A program made the position numbers and the translations under genes. A stretch of 47,983 bases of DNA from Candidatus Woesearchaeota archaeon (GTDB lineage: Archaea > Nanobdellota > Nanobdellia > SCGC-AAA011-G17 > PNOQ01): NCBI GenBank assembly GCA_043812195.1, contig JBDRML010000023.1, positions 1 through 47,983 on the forward strand, written 5' to 3'. The notes beneath the pieces were generated by a model, which was not told the origin of the DNA, did not search any database, and saw only the letters and a program-made list of their open reading frames with translations. Positions 44,893 to 47,983 of the stretch are shown one piece after another. Every line of letters begins with the position of its first letter. The stretch's first letter is position 1.

Positions 44893-47304
44893 TTATTCAT
44901 AAACCCATTCTGAACCAAATATTGTACCATTATTATTATTGCTTGTTGAGTCATAAATCATCGAACCACTTGCTTCATTAAACTTCCAATATGTAACAAG
45001 ATATTGCTCATTACCAGTTAGTTCTCCATTCATATTCTGTTGAAGCTCTGTTTGAGTAAGAGATTTATTCCATATACGGACTTCATCTAAGGTGCCATTA
45101 AGGTAATAAGATGGTGGACCCCAAGATACCATACCCATTAATAAGTTATTGCTTGTTACTTGTAAAGGACCGTAAAATGTGTCGTTTCCAACTTCTTCTC
45201 CATCAATATAAATTCTAACTATATCTTCAGTATCATCCCATGTGAATGCGTAATACTTCCATATATCACTCTCTTGGGACTCATTAACAATTATATAATG
45301 AGATCCGTCAGTAGAATTCCATAAATTAACTATAATACTTGTAGGTAAAACCCTTATTCCATAATTATTGTTTTTCATCAATAGGGTTTGTTCTCCTACC
45401 ATATTAAATTTTACTCTTGCTTCAAAAGTTATCTTATCACTAAGGCCTAAACTACCAGAATGAGTTGTATTTATATAATCATTTATTCCGTTAAAACTTA
45501 GTGACGATCCATACATAATATTATCTTTAATTGAAGTTTCAGTTCCACTTACAATTTGATTATAATTTAAGTTTTCATTCTCTAATACATTCAAAATATT
45601 TAATAAAGGATTAACATTTGTATAGCTTTCATTGCTTGTTATATAATTAAACGCCCAATCTTGATTATTTAAAACAGCTACAGCATCAAAGCTACCGATT
45701 GTATTTGCTCTATCCAAACCAACAGTATAAATTTGCTTATCCTGATATTCGATAGAAGTAGGAATAATATTATTAATTCCTTCTGAAATAGCTTCTCTTG
45801 CTTCTGTTTCATTATCTGTAGGAGGAAGTGTATAAGTAATATTCAATAAATTTCTTATTGTAGAATCGCCATCTGCTCCTGAAATATCCCAATTAGAGTA
45901 CCAGTGCTGGTCTGATAGGTAATCTGAGTTATCCCAATATATAACATGGAACCATCTGTCATTCTGCAGAGATAAATTAAATTGTTTAATAACATCACTT
46001 CCTATTGTGCTGTTGGCTATTGTAATATATGTTTCACAAGGGTTGTTAGCAATGCAGTTAGTAGGCTCTTCATCCCAGTTTATTTCAATTCCAGAGTAAT
46101 TTCCATCAGCCCAGTCTCCTCCAGTTGCTCCGCCTTCTAATCCTGAGCCGTCTGCTACGCAATCATCTCCGCATGTATATATTTTTGTTTTCCAGTCAGA
46201 TGGGCCATCATTTTCAGGGCTGTATTCTGTTAATCCATTCCAAATTCTTATAGTAAAGTTATAGGCATCTTTTGGAATATTTGAATCATTTAAATTAAAA
46301 GCAAAGTAAGCCCTCCATTCTGTAAGGGGAGAGCGCCTGTCTCTTCCTGTTCTTGGATCAGTATTATTAAAAGCTGTATAGTTTGATTTCTGACCGTTTA
46401 TATAGCCCGATACTTCATAATCATCATCTACACAAATAATTCCATCTCCAGAAGTGCATGAAATAGGACCCGCATCTATCCAATATAGTTCTACTTTATC
46501 CTGTGTATTAATATTTTTTATTTGTAATAATAATAAAATATTTCCATCCCCTTCATATCTTAATCTCATATTTGTTGTATCATTCCATTTTATTATATGA
46601 CCTCTTTCTGATTCTTTGTCTCTTATTTCTATAAAATCAGTTAGATTTAGTATTTCAAATGAATCTTTATTGTCTAATGTAAAAGAAGAACATATTCTAT
46701 CGTAATAGGGATTTGTATCATTTCCTATATTTTGTATGTTACAATAATATACTTTATCATAATCGTTGTTATTTTCTATGTTTATGTCTTTTAATTTCCA
46801 GACATAATAAATTGGAATATTTGTGTTAAATTGATTTGGAGCCCACCATGTAAATGAATTTTCCATATATTTATCATTTAGTTTTTGTCCTCTTATCCAT
46901 CCTGCACAATATTCTTGGTTATTATTAGATTTACATTTGTATATGCTTTGGTTCCAGTAAGTTTGATTATCTGATTCTATTATATTTGTGAAATTACTTA
47001 GATGATTTTGGGATAGCCAGTTGAAATTAGTATTTTGATAATATCCCAAGCCAAATTCATTTGTCAGCCATGTGGATCTTTCTCTTGCATCTGTTAGATT
47101 TGCTCCGTTAAAGAATTGAGTATAATCAGAAGATATATTTTGCCATATATTGGATTCTGCTTCTCCTAAAGGATTTTGATTCCATGTGTGTAGAAAGTTA
47201 TCTGTGTATTCGTAGCCTATATTGGTTTCCGCAGAACTTATAGAAAAAGCTAATAATATGAACATAATTATTGTCGATATTCCTGTGAATTGTTTTCTTT
47301 TCAT
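44893..47304 (-). CDS. Large secreted protein with C-terminal LamG/concanavalin-like domain
   Basis: Signal peptide; many N-x-S/T sequons; SLSFNGINDY, GTLDEVRIWN, YWKFNE.SG..IYD. Confidence 0.8.
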   Translation of the reverse strand: MKRKQFTGISTIIMFILLAFSISSAETNIGYEYTDNFLHTWNQNPLGEAESNIWQNISSDYTQFFNGANLTDARERSTWLTNEFGLGYYQNTNFNWLSQNHLSNFTNIIESDNQTYWNQSIYKCKSNNNQEYCAGWIRGQKLNDKYMENSFTWWAPNQFNTNIPIYYVWKLKDINIENNNDYDKVYYCNIQNIGNDTNPYYDRICSSFTLDNKDSFEILNLTDFIEIRDKESERGHIIKWNDTTNMRLRYEGDGNILLLLQIKNINTQDKVELYWIDAGPISCTSGDGIICVDDDYEVSGYINGQKSNYTAFNNTDPRTGRDRRSPLTEWRAYFAFNLNDSNIPKDAYNFTIRIWNGLTEYSPENDGPSDWKTKIYTCGDDCVADGSGLEGGATGGDWADGNYSGIEINWDEEPTNCIANNPCETYITIANSTIGSDVIKQFNLSLQNDRWFHVIYWDNSDYLSDQHWYSNWDISGADGDSTIRNLLNITYTLPPTDNETEAREAISEGINNIIPTSIEYQDKQIYTVGLDRANTIGSFDAVAVLNNQDWAFNYITSNESYTNVNPLLNILNVLENENLNYNQIVSGTETSIKDNIMYGSSLSFNGINDYINTTHSGSLGLSDKITFEARVKFNMVGEQTLLMKNNNYGIRVLPTSIIVNLWNSTDGSHYIIVNESQESDIWKYYAFTWDDTEDIVRIYIDGEEVGNDTFYGPLQVTSNNLLMGMVSWGPPSYYLNGTLDEVRIWNKSLTQTELQQNMNGELTGNEQYLVTYWKFNEASGSMIYDSTSNNNNGTIFGSEWVYE

Positions 47305-47305
47305 T

Positions 47306-47983
47306 TTAAATTATAGTTACATTAATATTTTGTGAGTCTGATGAACCTCCAGTATATGCAGTAGCAGTTATTGTATAATTACCGCTACTAATATAATCAT
47401 GTGCAATATAAACAAAAATAGATTCGTTATTTTCTAAAGCAATATCATAAGTGCTGTTAAATGTGCTGTTTCCTAAACCTTCTCCAGTATTAAACTGCCA
47501 TGTAAAATTATCTGATGAACCGATAGTGTCATTAATAACAAATTTGAAAATAGTTATGGTGTTGTTTTGATATTGTTCTGTTAGATTAAATATTAAATTT
47601 GGTGAAACATAATTACAGGACGAATCGCAGATTCCAGTTCCTGCTTCTATGCCGTTACATTCAGAATCTGCTGTGCATCCTACAGCAAAGTCTGTTGATC
47701 TGCAGATGTTATCTTTATCTACACCAAAGCATCCCCATGAGCATTCATCTGCAAAGTAAGATTCTCCACCAGTATTACATTTAGAATATTCAAATCCTTG
47801 TGTTTCGCCGTTACACTCATTTATTGCAGTACATCCTGCAGCAAAATCAGTTGATCTACAAATATTGTCACCCCTATCTTCTCCACTACATGTTGAAGAA
47901 CATTGATCAGCAAAGTAGTTTTGACCGCCAGTAGTACAACTTATGAAATCATATCCAATTTCTTGTTCATCACACTGATTTAT
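47306..47983 (-). CDS. 3' part of a secreted Cys-repeat protein with PKD-like C-terminus (start outside the window, not in the ORF track)
   Basis: Open frame from 47983 to TAA at 47306-47308; two ~53-aa six-Cys repeats; FTWQF..G...H.Y...GNYTIT.TA. Confidence 0.8.
   Translation of the reverse strand: MNQCDEQEIGYDFISCTTGGQNYFADQCSSTCSGEDRGDNICRSTDFAAGCTAINECNGETQGFEYSKCNTGGESYFADECSWGCFGVDKDNICRSTDFAVGCTADSECNGIEAGTGICDSSCNYVSPNLIFNLTEQYQNNTITIFKFVINDTIGSSDNFTWQFNTGEGLGNSTFNSTYDIALENNESIFVYIAHDYISSGNYTITATAYTGGSSDSQNINVTII

Noticed and set aside
3743-47784. Antisense or overlapping ORFs in the track (e.g. 3743-3985, 8794-9408, 16848-17072, 33402-33983, 36558-36740, 44314-44508, 47599-47784)
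   Set aside because: They shadow well-supported genes on the opposite strand or frame and have no motifs.
44884-47983. IS-mediated inversion suggested by the T-rich + strand right of the IS200
   Set aside because: IS200 excision restores a plausible 9-bp gene junction; the composition shift cannot be quantified by eye and may reflect gene origin or amino-acid bias.

Overview
AT-rich archaeal chromosomal window, most consistent with a DPANN (Woesearchaeota/Pacearchaeota-like) genome. Support: archaeal rpl10e and rpl35ae, BRE/TATA promoters, and a tRNA-Val(TAC) with a bulge-helix-bulge intron. It holds ppsA preceded by a free-standing LAGLIDADG gene, an ~11 kb sugar island (GT4, GH130, GH100-like, ROK, GHMP kinase, PIG-L, NagB), a UbaA/SAMP/NcsA tRNA-thiolation set, a P-type ATPase, a group 3 [NiFe]-hydrogenase large subunit, three toxin-antitoxin loci (both PIN toxins broken), large LamG surface proteins and many orphan ORFs. 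Most notable unexplained structure: (i) several small accessory cassettes bracketed by exact 12-19 bp direct repeats with no recombinase; (ii) two unrelated orphan operons sharing a near-identical leader and gene1/gene2 junction, plus a shared upstream promoter motif; (iii) an IS200 with GATA guides and TCAT cleavage sites inserted exactly at the hydrogenase start codon and carrying a pseudoknotted 5' leader; (iv) a LAGLIDADG ORF whose N-terminus copies that of PpsA. All calls are by eye; no searches were run.
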